Shown: piece by piece, positions 24,316 to 35,170 of the stretch
Position numbering within the stretch: position 1 is the stretch's first letter
Layout: each line of letters opens with the position of its first letter
Assembly: GCA_000004985.1 (NCBI GenBank)
Contig: GG738863.1
Strand: one strand, 5' to 3'
Source of the DNA: Naegleria gruberi
Taxonomy: Eukaryota
Length of the DNA stretch: 64,000 nucleotides
The notes under the pieces: model-generated
What the model saw: only the letters and a program-made list of their open reading frames with translations
What the model was told of the DNA's origin: nothing
Database searches by the model: none
Position numbers and translations under genes: made by a program

Positions 24316-24505
24316 TTTTTTCTATTTTGCGAAAGGTGACAGCAAAAAATCATTAAGGAATTAGATTAAGTCCTTTGTGTAACTCTTACCAATTGGTAAG
24401 AACAACCGAATATTACAACACAATTGATTAAATGTGTATTTGAAATTTTGTTCATTCTCTTAAACTATTTATCTATGTTAGCTCAGTGTTTGCAGTGTTT
24501 GATTA

Positions 24506-25692
24506 TTATTGAGATAAAGTTCCATCATTGTTGTTGGTATTAGTAGAATCAGAGTTTGAAACAACAGGTTGGTTGTGATGATTTGGAGGAAGTACAAAGA
24601 CAGTAATTGTAATATTTGTTCCTTCAAAACATGATTCAATAACTTGTTTCATCTCAGCCCAATCCAACTTGTTACCTCCACATCCAATTCTTGGCATTGA
24701 AATTCTTTCAATTCCATTTCTTTGAAGGAGTTTTCTGGCATGATTGAGAACTTGCTTGTAATTGTTATAGTTGGCCTTGTCAGTTTTCTTTTGTTTTGTT
24801 AAGAGGAATCTGGTTGTCAAAGAAATAGCCATGAATATTATTGTGAATTGTATAATACTTACAGAATTTCCTTTCCATGTTTGGAATCATAACATAAAAT
24901 ACATGGTTGATTGGTCAATTGGTTAAGTGTACCAATGTGTGGGAAATAATCCATACATTGCTTGGCAATACCATAATTAGTGCTCAAATCAGCACTTATT
25001 CCAATACAGATTGGATCAGTATTACTGCTATCAAACAAATCACCTTCCTTTTCAATTAATTTAAATCCAAAACCCTTGTCTTTGAGTTCTTTCACCTCAG
25101 TTTCATATCTAATCTTATCTTGTTCATATAATTGCTCATAAACCATCAATTCATCAGTTGATAGAGCATTAAATCTATTACTCAATTCGTGTTGAATCTT
25201 TTTAAAATTATCAGAAATATCTTGTTTTGTTTTACCTTGAGATAGTTGACCATTTTGAGATAATTCACTTCTCACAATAGCATAATTTCTCTTTACAAAT
25301 TGAACACGTGGAGTGAGTGGTTTCTTTGGAGTTTTAATAATATTAGCCTCTCTCACCTCTTGATCTAATAATCTTCTCTTCAATTCCTTGATTTTAGTTT
25401 GTGAATTATTTTGCAAAGTTTCCAATTTGGCCTTCATCAATTCTTCAAGTTGTTGTTTCTTTCTTTCGTATAAATTATTTTGAGTGGCTTGATATTTCTC
25501 CAATCGAGTAATATTGGATGGCTTGGCAAGTTGAGGAATAATCACTTGTGGATCCGAAGTAGTAGACGAAACAGCTGCATTAGAATTTGTGTGGGTATTA
25601 TTCGAAATTAATTGACGATGAAATGAACGAGAAATTGATGAGGATTTTTGCAAGAAATCTCTAGAAAGGAAACGAGAGGTCTTGTTGAGCAT
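24506..25692 (-). CDS. TARG1/OARD1-like macrodomain protein (terminal ADP-ribose glycohydrolase family) with an N-terminal extension of about 230 aa. Two exons: 24863-25692 and 24506-24809.
   Basis: [41 protein letters not shown] matches human OARD1 [39 protein letters not shown]. Upstream, EGDLFDSSNTDPICIGISADLSTNYGIAKQ matches [30 protein letters not shown]. A 53-nt intron (GTAAGTATTATAC...CAACCAG) joins ...HGKEIL|FLLTKQKK. Confidence 0.7.
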
Positions 25693-25965
25693 TTTTTTTG
25701 GAAATGAAATTATTGATGGATGTCTTTTTGATTGATTTCCAATTTTGTAAACTTTTCATTGTAAAACATTTACAGTTAATTTAAAAAAAAATAGTCATGG
25801 TATTTAAAATGGTTTAAAATTTTATATTAAACAAATAAATTTCCTTTTCTATTCTTAAAATCTAATGCAATATTCCTTATTTGATATTCTTACTTTTTTA
25901 GATAGTGCTCTAAATTCAATTTGATCCATCATTCACTCTCCAATTAAAGAAAATCTTCTTTTTTA

Positions 25966-26550
25966 TTGAAAAACACAGTTCATTATTCAAATATAATAAA
26001 AATGCACAATATAAACACCGCAAACATGATGAAATCCTCAATTTCGAATAGAGAAAAGGAAGCAGCAACAGTGGAAACTATTCTCAGTAGTGGCAATAGA
26101 TGTGATACTTTAGGTCATGAATTAGGTAAAGAAAATTCAGAATTTGAAAGGAAACCTCCCTCTCCAAGGATTAATTATAAGAAATACGTCCTACCTTTCT
26201 ATCCGAATATGAATTTAGGTGGTCCCAGCAATCCTTCGACAGTTTCTAATGAATTATTTCGACAATATTCGACAGATGTTCTTAATAATCAGGATGAAAC
26301 AATTGAGGAAGCTGAGGATAAATTAGATTCGTATGAACCTGCCTCAAACTCTTCACTCTTTACAATAGTTGGAATGGAAATGCTTGAGAATGGTTTTACA
26401 TCACTGTGGCAAGATTTAAGCATTCTGGCCACACAAGTTAGAGCTGGTCATTTAACCATTGATTCGTATAGAGCTATCCTAAAGCTTTCGTTGGTTTTAA
26501 TTATTTTTCTCCTATTGTTTGTATTCATTTCGAGTGCCTTTGTTGAATAG
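25966..26550 (+). CDS. Hypothetical protein with a C-terminal hydrophobic (tail-anchor-like) segment. It ends at a single in-frame TAG immediately followed by the next long ORF.
   Basis: ORF of 194 aa. C-terminus LKLSLVLIIFLLLFVFISSAFVE*. Same reading frame as 26551..30591. Confidence 0.3.
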   Translation: MKNTVHYSNIIKMHNINTANMMKSSISNREKEAATVETILSSGNRCDTLGHELGKENSEFERKPPSPRINYKKYVLPFYPNMNLGGPSNPSTVSNELFRQYSTDVLNNQDETIEEAEDKLDSYEPASNSSLFTIVGMEMLENGFTSLWQDLSILATQVRAGHLTIDSYRAILKLSLVLIIFLLLFVFISSAFVE

Positions 26551-26631
26551 TTGCACGACTCCAATAAACAACTTTCCCGCCAAAAAATACTACAATCTCA
26601 AACTCTAACTTTGAAAAAAATATCTCGACTA

Positions 26632-29600
26632 ATGAGTTGGAAATACTACGGAGTGGTTTTTCTCATGTTGATCGCGTTTTTATTCTTGATTGGTGTTTTG
26701 GGAAGTGGAAATTTGTTGTTTGTGGAAGGAAATGAAAGGATAAAGAAATTTGAAAGGATTATTTGTCCTGAATCGAAGAGTTTGGTCTATTCATTTAAAT
26801 CAATTACCTTGGTTGGTAATAAGATTCAATCAAAAAGTGTTTCTGGAAGTGGCCAATTGGAAAATGTTTTCAGTGGAAAAGTTGTCTTATCATGTCAACA
26901 GGAAATGAATCATGATTGGAGGAATATTATCGTTGTCAGCTTCTCAGAGTCGATATTTGAACAATTTCATGGAAGAGGTTTAAATAAGAGATATAGGAAA
27001 ATGATTTCTAGAGCTGATCTTACGAAAGAGTTGAATGAATTTCCAATGATAATCATTCAATCTTTTTCAGGGCATATTTTCAAATTGATATTTAATAAGA
27101 GGGAGACAGCTTACATCAAAACAATGAAAAAAGGAATATTAAGATTGTTGACAACTGACACCAAAAAAGATGCCAGGCATCAAACAGATGGATTTGGAGG
27201 GAAATATTTCCAAGAGTACAAGAAGAGTTTAATATCCAAAAAGCCAGAGTTTTTGACAGTTTATCAAGAATTTTCCAGCAAGGACTTTTACAAAATTCCT
27301 ATTTCAAAACGAAGAATCAATTACCAAGCTAAACATTTAGTTACTGTTGATATTCAACACCACTGGATACATCACGCTTCAATGTTGATCAGCCTAAGCC
27401 ATCAACAAACGAAAAACTCTAATATTTTCAAAGAATTTGAGAATATTTCAAAGAGGGAGTCTGTTCAATCCTCACTTAAATCGTCAGATAATGTTGAATC
27501 TGGACTATACTCCACAATCAAGCTTAACAAGATTGTCAACATATCGATTGCTTCATCTATAGAAAACTTTAACGATCTTATTAGATCAATGTTGAACAAT
27601 ACAAGGTCTCAGAATGACTGGATGTTCGAAAATACATTTTCATCAAAGAAATTGGACAAAAGATATTTCTCCCTGTTAAACAGGAGGAAATTTTCAACGA
27701 TTCACTTTCAAAAACTTCTTTCATTGCTCAAAGGAGATCCTTCACTCCAGCACAACACAACAAGATTGGTAGGAATTGTTTCAAACTATAAAAAGTTGGA
27801 CACTATTCAATCAGCAAGGATATTATTGAATCATCTCGTTGAAGGCTTGCACAAGCTCAACAAGCTAACCGGAGCCGAATATCTCTCAACCAAAACCTAT
27901 TTGGAAATCATTCAACAATTAGTTGCAACGACAAGAAACGAAAATATCCAAAATGATCTTATAGCTATATCATCAATAGAGCCAGTTCTTGCAAACAATT
28001 ACATCTACTCATCCATTAATATTCAAAGACCTAGCTCAAATGTTTATTCATTTATTAAACATTTAAAAAACCATGGATTGAAGTTTATATCACATAACAT
28101 TACATCTGAATCAAATTCAAATGTAAAAAGAAACGCTTACCTAGCATTTGCAGACCTTGCACATAGACTGCAAGATAAGACTCTTAAAGATACTATTGTA
28201 AGAGAAATTTTGGACAGTATAGAAAATGCAGAATCGAAAGAAGACATCGAGACCCACTTTCATGCTCTAAACAATGCCGGTGAAGCAGTAGATCCCTATC
28301 TGTTATACGCAATATGGGCTTCTGACAAGATTCCAGAATATTTCAAAATTCTATTAACAAAGAATATAAGAAAGAGGATAAAAGATGACCCAACCTTAGA
28401 TAGAATTATTCTTAAGATTTTGAGGAGTGAGGATGAAAATTTCTCTCCAAATTTAAAATCAAACTTGATTGAATCCCAGGGAGAAAGAGAGTATATATTG
28501 AATACATGGTCGTTGGTGAAACCATTAGCAAGAATTTACAAAGTTGTGAGAGATGAGGGCATCAAGAGTACAATACGAAAGTACATGTACAATGCAGGAA
28601 CTGATAATTCAGCAAAATATCTTTCAAAGATGCTAAACAAGAAACAGAGGCATAATAGGAAAATCAAAGGCAATGATTATAGAAAGTTTGGGCTCTCCAA
28701 TGAAGATTTGGATATTTTGAATCAAGTTGAAACAAGGAATGCCTTATTTATTGGCGGATTCATGAGAAGGATTCAAGACACCCTCTCGAAAGGAAAGGAA
28801 AAGATGACCCTCTTTGTAAACAAATCCCTCAAGGAAGGGATTCAAAAAGCATCTAATTGGGTTGAAACCAAAGCTGCAGGAGCTCTCTCCAAAATTACAA
28901 AACTTGTTGGAGATTTGAAATCCAAATTTGCTTCCCCAGCAACAATACGAGATGAGAAGGCTTGCATTCAAGTGAGTGAAAATATCAATGACACTGTTTG
29001 CTTCTACAATACTGACATGATTTCTTTCTTTCAAAAACAAGGAAATTTATCCAATATGAAATTCTCCAAACATTTTGAATTTGAAAAGATTGCTGGCCCA
29101 AAGGCTGTCAATCTCTATTGTGGAATGGCCATTTATAGTGGAGCCTCATTTGACTGCAATGCAGATAAGAGTTATTTTGATTTTGTTCTCATTGCAAGAG
29201 CAGCCTTTGAAGCAAGTGCTCTACAACGAAAGTTTTCACTATTAGAATTGAGTGCAGAGCTCACCAAAAGACCACATAAACCAGTTAGGGACAATATTTA
29301 TCTAAGAATTGCTCAGACAACATTTGTCAATACAGGTTTTGTTCCAGAGCAAGTGAAAAAGTTTATTTCCCTTTGTTTGAGTGAAACTAAACCAATATTT
29401 GAAAAGACGTTTCCAGTCATTGCAACGCATGAACAAATGGTAAATATAGGACCAGTACCATTGACTTTTCATATTTCACTCTCAATGCGTGTTGCAGTAG
29501 AGTTGGTTTATGGTCTGTGTGTTGAACGATTGGAAGCAGCCACGTCTTTGGAGCCATATGTATCAGTTTCATTGACTGGTGGAGCAGCTATTGGAATACC

Positions 29601-30591
29601 AGTAGCAAGAGCAGGGATGTATATTCGATCTACTCTCACATATCGACTTGTACCAAGATTGGCTTTTGAGAAGTGTAATATCTGTGCCAGCTTACAACAC
29701 AAGGTTGATAGCTTGGAATTTCAAATAGGGTTGAGTGCAAAAGTTTTAACTTTTGACAAGTATTGGAAATTCTATGGTAAAACAACAAGACCCTATATCA
29801 AAACAATCTTTGAAAAATGTATACCTCTATTTGGTTCACCTACTGTTTCCATTAAGAGCAAGGATACCACCTTTGATTTGAAGTCCAATGAGGAAACTGG
29901 AAGTAACTCTCAATCACTTTCAAATGAAGAATACTCAACTCAACAAGTTGATGTGAAAACCATCAACACAGAGGATGAAACCAATACCAAATCAAAAGAA
30001 TCAATCTCTTCATACAAACCCCTATTTGGGTCAAATCCAATGAAACTTCCAGAAATGAAGTTACCAACAGAGAGTAAGGAAAGTCTCAAACCTCCCCCAA
30101 CAGAACAGCCAGAATTGGAATGGAAATTAGAATTTCTATCTCAACAAGTGCCTCATAAAATCATACAAAGATTTGGATTGGAAAACTTGAGAAGACTTCC
30201 CTCAAATTATTTCCAATTGACTGAAGAAGAAAGAGAAAATATTCCCTATGAAGTTTACTACCTCCCAAAGAGTGACTTTTCCAATTTCATATCTAAATTC
30301 AGTCCCACAAGCATGTTAAGGAACTCGGCAATATCACCTCTCTCGTTTGAAAGATTATGGAGAAGAGAAGTATTGGAAGGGAGATTCCCAATTCAAGTGT
30401 TGAAACAAATTCCCTTAAAAGATTTGAGAAGTCTCCCAGAACCAATCATTCGTTTAAGAAAAAGGATTTTGCAAGAAATTCCTCTCCAGCTCTTCAAAGA
30501 AGGATATCAACAAATTAAAAGTTGGATATGCTCAAAGTACTACCACTTATGTAATGAGCTTGACACCTTGATAGTGATGAGAAGTGAATAA
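26632..30591 (+). CDS. Large secreted or type-II membrane protein of about 1320 aa. Weak resemblance to the helical domain of large lipid transfer proteins (vitellogenin/apoB/MTP).
   Basis: ATG at about 26632 gives MSWKYYGVVFLMLIAFLFLIGVLGSG (signal or anchor). An internal ALNNAG motif (HFHALNNAGEAVDPYLLYAIW) is reminiscent of the conserved ALGNAG of LLTP helical domains. Otherwise unrecognised. Confidence 0.4.
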   Translation: MSWKYYGVVFLMLIAFLFLIGVLGSGNLLFVEGNERIKKFERIICPESKSLVYSFKSITLVGNKIQSKSVSGSGQLENVFSGKVVLSCQQEMNHDWRNIIVVSFSESIFEQFHGRGLNKRYRKMISRADLTKELNEFPMIIIQSFSGHIFKLIFNKRETAYIKTMKKGILRLLTTDTKKDARHQTDGFGGKYFQEYKKSLISKKPEFLTVYQEFSSKDFYKIPISKRRINYQAKHLVTVDIQHHWIHHASMLISLSHQQTKNSNIFKEFENISKRESVQSSLKSSDNVESGLYSTIKLNKIVNISIASSIENFNDLIRSMLNNTRSQNDWMFENTFSSKKLDKRYFSLLNRRKFSTIHFQKLLSLLKGDPSLQHNTTRLVGIVSNYKKLDTIQSARILLNHLVEGLHKLNKLTGAEYLSTKTYLEIIQQLVATTRNENIQNDLIAISSIEPVLANNYIYSSINIQRPSSNVYSFIKHLKNHGLKFISHNITSESNSNVKRNAYLAFADLAHRLQDKTLKDTIVREILDSIENAESKEDIETHFHALNNAGEAVDPYLLYAIWASDKIPEYFKILLTKNIRKRIKDDPTLDRIILKILRSEDENFSPNLKSNLIESQGEREYILNTWSLVKPLARIYKVVRDEGIKSTIRKYMYNAGTDNSAKYLSKMLNKKQRHNRKIKGNDYRKFGLSNEDLDILNQVETRNALFIGGFMRRIQDTLSKGKEKMTLFVNKSLKEGIQKASNWVETKAAGALSKITKLVGDLKSKFASPATIRDEKACIQVSENINDTVCFYNTDMISFFQKQGNLSNMKFSKHFEFEKIAGPKAVNLYCGMAIYSGASFDCNADKSYFDFVLIARAAFEASALQRKFSLLELSAELTKRPHKPVRDNIYLRIAQTTFVNTGFVPEQVKKFISLCLSETKPIFEKTFPVIATHEQMVNIGPVPLTFHISLSMRVAVELVYGLCVERLEAATSLEPYVSVSLTGGAAIGIPVARAGMYIRSTLTYRLVPRLAFEKCNICASLQHKVDSLEFQIGLSAKVLTFDKYWKFYGKTTRPYIKTIFEKCIPLFGSPTVSIKSKDTTFDLKSNEETGSNSQSLSNEEYSTQQVDVKTINTEDETNTKSKESISSYKPLFGSNPMKLPEMKLPTESKESLKPPPTEQPELEWKLEFLSQQVPHKIIQRFGLENLRRLPSNYFQLTEEERENIPYEVYYLPKSDFSNFISKFSPTSMLRNSAISPLSFERLWRREVLEGRFPIQVLKQIPLKDLRSLPEPIIRLRKRILQEIPLQLFKEGYQQIKSWICSKYYHLCNELDTLIVMRSE

Positions 30592-30731
30592 AATAACCTA
30601 TTATCTTTTTGATTACAAATACCAAGAAAAGAAATAGTTATTTTAATTAAGCTCGCGACTAAATGTTTATAATTTGTACAAAAGAACTTGTGAAAGCTTA
30701 GAGCAATCTATATTTTACTACATGTCTCAAT

Positions 30732-31982
30732 TTAGAGCTTTCTCTTTTCCTTCAAAGCTTGGAGTTTCTTTTCATCTTCCAATCTCTTTTGTTCCAATTG
30801 CTTCTTTCTTGGACCTAAGAACTTGTTCTTTTCGGTAGTGGTTTGGAATTTACCCTTACCAACCTTGGAGGTAGTATCGATAAACTTCAAGACAATTTCT
30901 TCCTTCATGTCTCTGCCCCACTTGTGTTCTGGAACCAAAGTCTTTCTCAAAGTGACAACTCTTCTTGGTGGACCTTGAACGTTACCCTTGACCATAACCC
31001 AGTCGTTTTCAACAACACCATAGTTAACAAAACCACCCATTGGGTTGACATCCTTTTCAGTCAAATCGAAATCAGTCATTGCGGACTTCTTTCCTTCTTC
31101 AGTCTTGTTGGACTTTCCGATTCTGTAGATCTTCTTATTTTGGTGGACTCTGTGGAAGAAACCCTTTTGACCAGCTCTGGCAACAGAGAAGGAAACTCTA
31201 GCTGGATGCCAAGCGCCAATACAGGCAACCTTTCTCAAACCTCTGTGGGTCTTTCTTGGCAATCTTCTAACACCCCATCTGGAAACGACACCCTTAGTAC
31301 CCTTACCCTTGGAGACGGCAATAACGTCGATTGGTTCATCCTTAGCGAAGACAGAGTCAACAGAGACGAGCTTTTCGAGGTTAGCAACAGCGAACTTGAT
31401 CTTTTCATCAACAGTACCACCGTTAACTTGGATTTCAGCAACGTGAGCCTTCTTGTTGTTAGTGGCAGTAACCTTGCTTGGTTGAGTGTGAGCAACAATT
31501 CTGATAACATCAGCGTTCTTCTTGAATGATTCCAAAGCTTGAGTTCTCTTTTCTTGAGCAGCTTGTTCCAAGTAAGTCTTGGTGAGCTTAGTGAAAGCTC
31601 TCTTCTTGGATCTACACCAATCCTTATAGTAAACTCTTCTGAATTCATTGCTGATATTCTTAGCCCAGACAGTACCGATGGCCTTCAAACCAGTTGGGGT
31701 TTGCTTATAACCAACAACACCGACAACAACCATTGGTGGAGCTTCAATGATGGTGACAGCATCGAGACCTTCCTTCTTGTGCATCTTAGAACCTGGCTTG
31801 TTAACTTCACGGACAATGTGGGTCATACCAGCCTTGTAACCAAGGAAAGCAGTCAAATGAGTAGCCTTCTTTTGGTCATCCTTTGGGAAAGCCTTAACTC
31901 TACCTCTTTCTCTTCTAGCCTTCTTTCTTGGCAAGAAACCAAGAGAACCGTGTCTTGGTGCTTCAAACTTTCTGTGAGACAT
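30732..31982 (-). CDS. RPL3: 60S ribosomal protein L3 (uL3).
   Basis: [22 protein letters not shown]...[35 protein letters not shown]...; 416 aa, intronless. Classical uL3 sequence including the W255/H256-region motif. Confidence 0.95.
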   Translation of the reverse strand: MSHRKFEAPRHGSLGFLPRKKARRERGRVKAFPKDDQKKATHLTAFLGYKAGMTHIVREVNKPGSKMHKKEGLDAVTIIEAPPMVVVGVVGYKQTPTGLKAIGTVWAKNISNEFRRVYYKDWCRSKKRAFTKLTKTYLEQAAQEKRTQALESFKKNADVIRIVAHTQPSKVTATNNKKAHVAEIQVNGGTVDEKIKFAVANLEKLVSVDSVFAKDEPIDVIAVSKGKGTKGVVSRWGVRRLPRKTHRGLRKVACIGAWHPARVSFSVARAGQKGFFHRVHQNKKIYRIGKSNKTEEGKKSAMTDFDLTEKDVNPMGGFVNYGVVENDWVMVKGNVQGPPRRVVTLRKTLVPEHKWGRDMKEEIVLKFIDTTSKVGKGKFQTTTEKNKFLGPRKKQLEQKRLEDEKKLQALKEKRKL

Positions 31983-32504
31983 GTTGTTCTATTTTTTTTT
32001 CAACGATTTTTATTGTTGGAGCAAAAACTGGGTTGATTTTATTTCTTACAATGAATATTTTTCATGTCATCACCAGGTGCTTCAGCAATTTTTATGAAGG
32101 CCATTCTATTTTTATTAGACAATTTTCCCACCAAAGCAAACTTCAAGAGTGAACACGAGGTTTCACACAACAAGTATTTACAATCCAAGTTTTTCAACAC
32201 CTTATTAACAGGATTTCATTCTGAAGTATTCAATTCATTGGCAATATCATCATACCCGTGTACCTAACTCATTCTTGTAATGTGTGGAGTATTGAAAGAT
32301 ATTTATTGATCATCGATACAACCATCAGAAGAGAGGCCTTTATTATCCATAGAATTTGATTTGGTAATTTCAAAAAACGATAATAATGATCACAATCTCT
32401 GACAAATCACCAGAATATCCAAACTCTCATTTCAATCAGCATAATAACGTAAGAAACCTCACCCAGCACTTTCAAATTCTCTCCCAACACACACATGAAA
32501 AAAT

Positions 32505-35135
32505 ATGCCACAATCAAATTCGGAGGGAGAATCATCAGATGACAATAACAGCAGTTCCTTCATCACCATGATGGAAGACAATGATAGAACTATTAGTAGT
32601 AGTGCAGATGATGCAGTACAACCTTCTTCTTTCTCAACAATTTCATCCTCACCACCACCAATAATAAATCAACAGCAAGGAACGATGAATCCAATCTTAT
32701 TGGATAGCAGCAACAACAACAATAATTTGTTGTCATCTTTATCAAATAATAATAATAATAATAATAATACAATTCTTCAAACCAATCATTCTGATTCTGA
32801 AGAAGATTCCGATTCCGATAATGGAATAATACCTATTACAAGACTAGTCAATAATAATAATATCATTAATAATATTCCTCCTCACCAACCAGTAAATAAT
32901 AATGGCATGAATATTCAGACAAATTCTGCAAATATACCACTCCCAACAGTCACTCAAAGACTTGGCAATTTATTGAATAATAGAAATGATCAAGATGTGA
33001 GACGACAGGCACAATCTATAGCATTGGAAATTATTAGATTATTATTCACAAGCTCAATCAAGGTTACCATCTTTTTGGAATATTATCTGCTGGCTATTGG
33101 ATGTCTTTCTTTCATATTACTTGTTGCTTTACATACCCTATTTTGCATACCACCAAATAATTATCTAAATGCTCAACAAAGAATTGACTATACAAGGAAT
33201 GTAATTATGAATAGTACAGAATCAAATGCTTTACAATTTAGCAAAATGATGAAAATATTTGCATCGGAAAAGGCACAAAATACTACAAAACACTTTACTG
33301 CCATGTTCAGATTGGGACTATTTGGTCAGGATTATCATGGAGTCATTAATACGACCATCACTCAAAATGAGACACTACCAATTCAAAATGCAACATTAAT
33401 AATGGCAGAAGCAGATCCAAATAATCCTGTTGTTAGTGGCAATTTATTGAGTAGTATAGAAAATTCTACTGTTGCAACAAGTTTAAATCAGAATGATACA
33501 ATCATGACTGAAACAACAAGTTCATATCAAAACACATCCACACTATTGGAAAGTACTAGTAGTAATTCAACAAGTGAAAATGTTACACAAAATAATGGTG
33601 CTCTGGAAAATTCTTCTGAGGAGAAATCAAACGAAGAACAACAAGAGGATGACGACATTATCGATAATCTCTTCCAATACTATGAACAATCAACATTTTA
33701 CAAGAGCATTATCAAACCACTTAATCAATTTTTCGATAAGAGATTCTATTCCAAGCCTAGAATTAATTGCCTACAAAATACTATTTTACAAAAGTACAGA
33801 GATGAAATCATTAATAGATATTACGATTCAAATGATACAATCTCACCATTGGCAGCACATTCCTACCTCTTGAGAACCTATATTGAAGGTCCAATAGATA
33901 AGAAAATGAAATCTTGGAGAAGGGAATTGGAAGCAAAGAATGAATCAATTCCATTGAGAGAATCTTATGAAAGCTTTGATACTATAGAATCTATCAAATA
34001 TTGGATTGTGACAATGTATGAAACTTCAGGTGTTACAGAAGTTTTCAATGATACTAGATTATTTGTCTATACAACAGAGAGGGGATTATTTTACATTGCC
34101 AGAGAATCAAAGCAAACATTACAAGTACCAGTTTACACTATCAATTTAGATTGGAATGAACCATGCTTTGATGCTTTTGGAGGCATTCTACCATATATTC
34201 TTTCCTATTTTATTGGATATGACACTTTAATGTTCAATGCTTTTATTCAGTACAATCATGATTTTAATCATGCATATACTATCAATAGTGGCATGATCTA
34301 CACCAAACAATTCGATGAAGTGTACTACCTGAAACATTTTGAATATGATGATGATTTTGTTACTAGGTTCTTTGTAAAGATTTCTCCATTGATTCTCTAT
34401 GTGGTCAGCTTTGTGTTGATTTACTATCTAGTTAGAACAACCCAGATGAATATTCTACATCTCATTATTGAGTTGCAAGCACATTTGAATTCTGTGAATC
34501 AAATTTTGAGATCATTCTTAACTCACCTCTTCCAAAACATCATGTTTGTTCCAGTTTTATTGGGTGTAATTGGATTTATTGATAACTTCTTTGGTGGTGA
34601 TCAAAAAATCAGTTTAATGGTTTTCTGTTTAATTTGGCTTGCTCAAATATTCTTGAACAATATTTGTAGCAGTAGATTCTCGAGAAGCGTTTTCCCTTGG
34701 ATTCTTCATTTCCATTGTGGAGTTTATTTGACCTATTACTTTAGATATCCAACAGGTTATTCATATTTTGGATTCTTTGTTTGTTTGGTTCTAGTTTCTG
34801 AAATGATGTTACACTTTTGGAATAATTATGAATATCACCATATTATGAATTATCATCCTATTTTGAGAGATTTTCTTGGAAACAATAGAGCTAATGCTGA
34901 CCCAATGTTATTCGATAGATTATTACAACAAAATGGAATTCCAGTTCTTGGGCAACCACAGACAAGAGTACAAAACGTTCAACAATTTGTTTTCAATTTA
35001 TCTGACATGCAAAATCAGAGAACAACCATTGAGCAACAAATAGGACGATTCAACATTTCAATTTCTTTGGCTCAAGATCCAAACAACCAAGCTAATGCGC
35101 CAGGTACAAACAATACCACTACTGCATCTCAATAA
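32505..35135 (+). CDS. Hypothetical multi-pass membrane protein (876 aa) with an Asn/Ser-rich N-terminal half.
   Basis: Long ORF with poly-N and poly-S tracts and at least 5 hydrophobic helices in the C-terminal third (LILYVVSFVLIYYLV, IMFVPVLLGVIGFI, LMVFCLIWLAQIFL, GFFVCLVLVSEMML). No family recognised. Confidence 0.45.
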   Translation: MPQSNSEGESSDDNNSSSFITMMEDNDRTISSSADDAVQPSSFSTISSSPPPIINQQQGTMNPILLDSSNNNNNLLSSLSNNNNNNNNTILQTNHSDSEEDSDSDNGIIPITRLVNNNNIINNIPPHQPVNNNGMNIQTNSANIPLPTVTQRLGNLLNNRNDQDVRRQAQSIALEIIRLLFTSSIKVTIFLEYYLLAIGCLSFILLVALHTLFCIPPNNYLNAQQRIDYTRNVIMNSTESNALQFSKMMKIFASEKAQNTTKHFTAMFRLGLFGQDYHGVINTTITQNETLPIQNATLIMAEADPNNPVVSGNLLSSIENSTVATSLNQNDTIMTETTSSYQNTSTLLESTSSNSTSENVTQNNGALENSSEEKSNEEQQEDDDIIDNLFQYYEQSTFYKSIIKPLNQFFDKRFYSKPRINCLQNTILQKYRDEIINRYYDSNDTISPLAAHSYLLRTYIEGPIDKKMKSWRRELEAKNESIPLRESYESFDTIESIKYWIVTMYETSGVTEVFNDTRLFVYTTERGLFYIARESKQTLQVPVYTINLDWNEPCFDAFGGILPYILSYFIGYDTLMFNAFIQYNHDFNHAYTINSGMIYTKQFDEVYYLKHFEYDDDFVTRFFVKISPLILYVVSFVLIYYLVRTTQMNILHLIIELQAHLNSVNQILRSFLTHLFQNIMFVPVLLGVIGFIDNFFGGDQKISLMVFCLIWLAQIFLNNICSSRFSRSVFPWILHFHCGVYLTYYFRYPTGYSYFGFFVCLVLVSEMMLHFWNNYEYHHIMNYHPILRDFLGNNRANADPMLFDRLLQQNGIPVLGQPQTRVQNVQQFVFNLSDMQNQRTTIEQQIGRFNISISLAQDPNNQANAPGTNNTTTASQ
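32745..32778 (+). repeat. (AAT)n trinucleotide repeat encoding poly-Asn within a CDS.
   Basis: aataataataataataataataataat is visible. Confidence 0.7.
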
Positions 35136-35170
35136 TAGTTTATCATTAAAATATAATACAATCAATGAAT

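Noticed and set aside
30843-32036. Plus-strand ORFs (30843..31529, 31539..32036) and a minus-strand ORF (31235..31648) overlapping RPL3.
   Set aside because: They are antisense or out-of-frame to a highly conserved, highly expressed ribosomal protein gene. Their Ser/Leu-rich composition is typical of reverse-strand artefacts.
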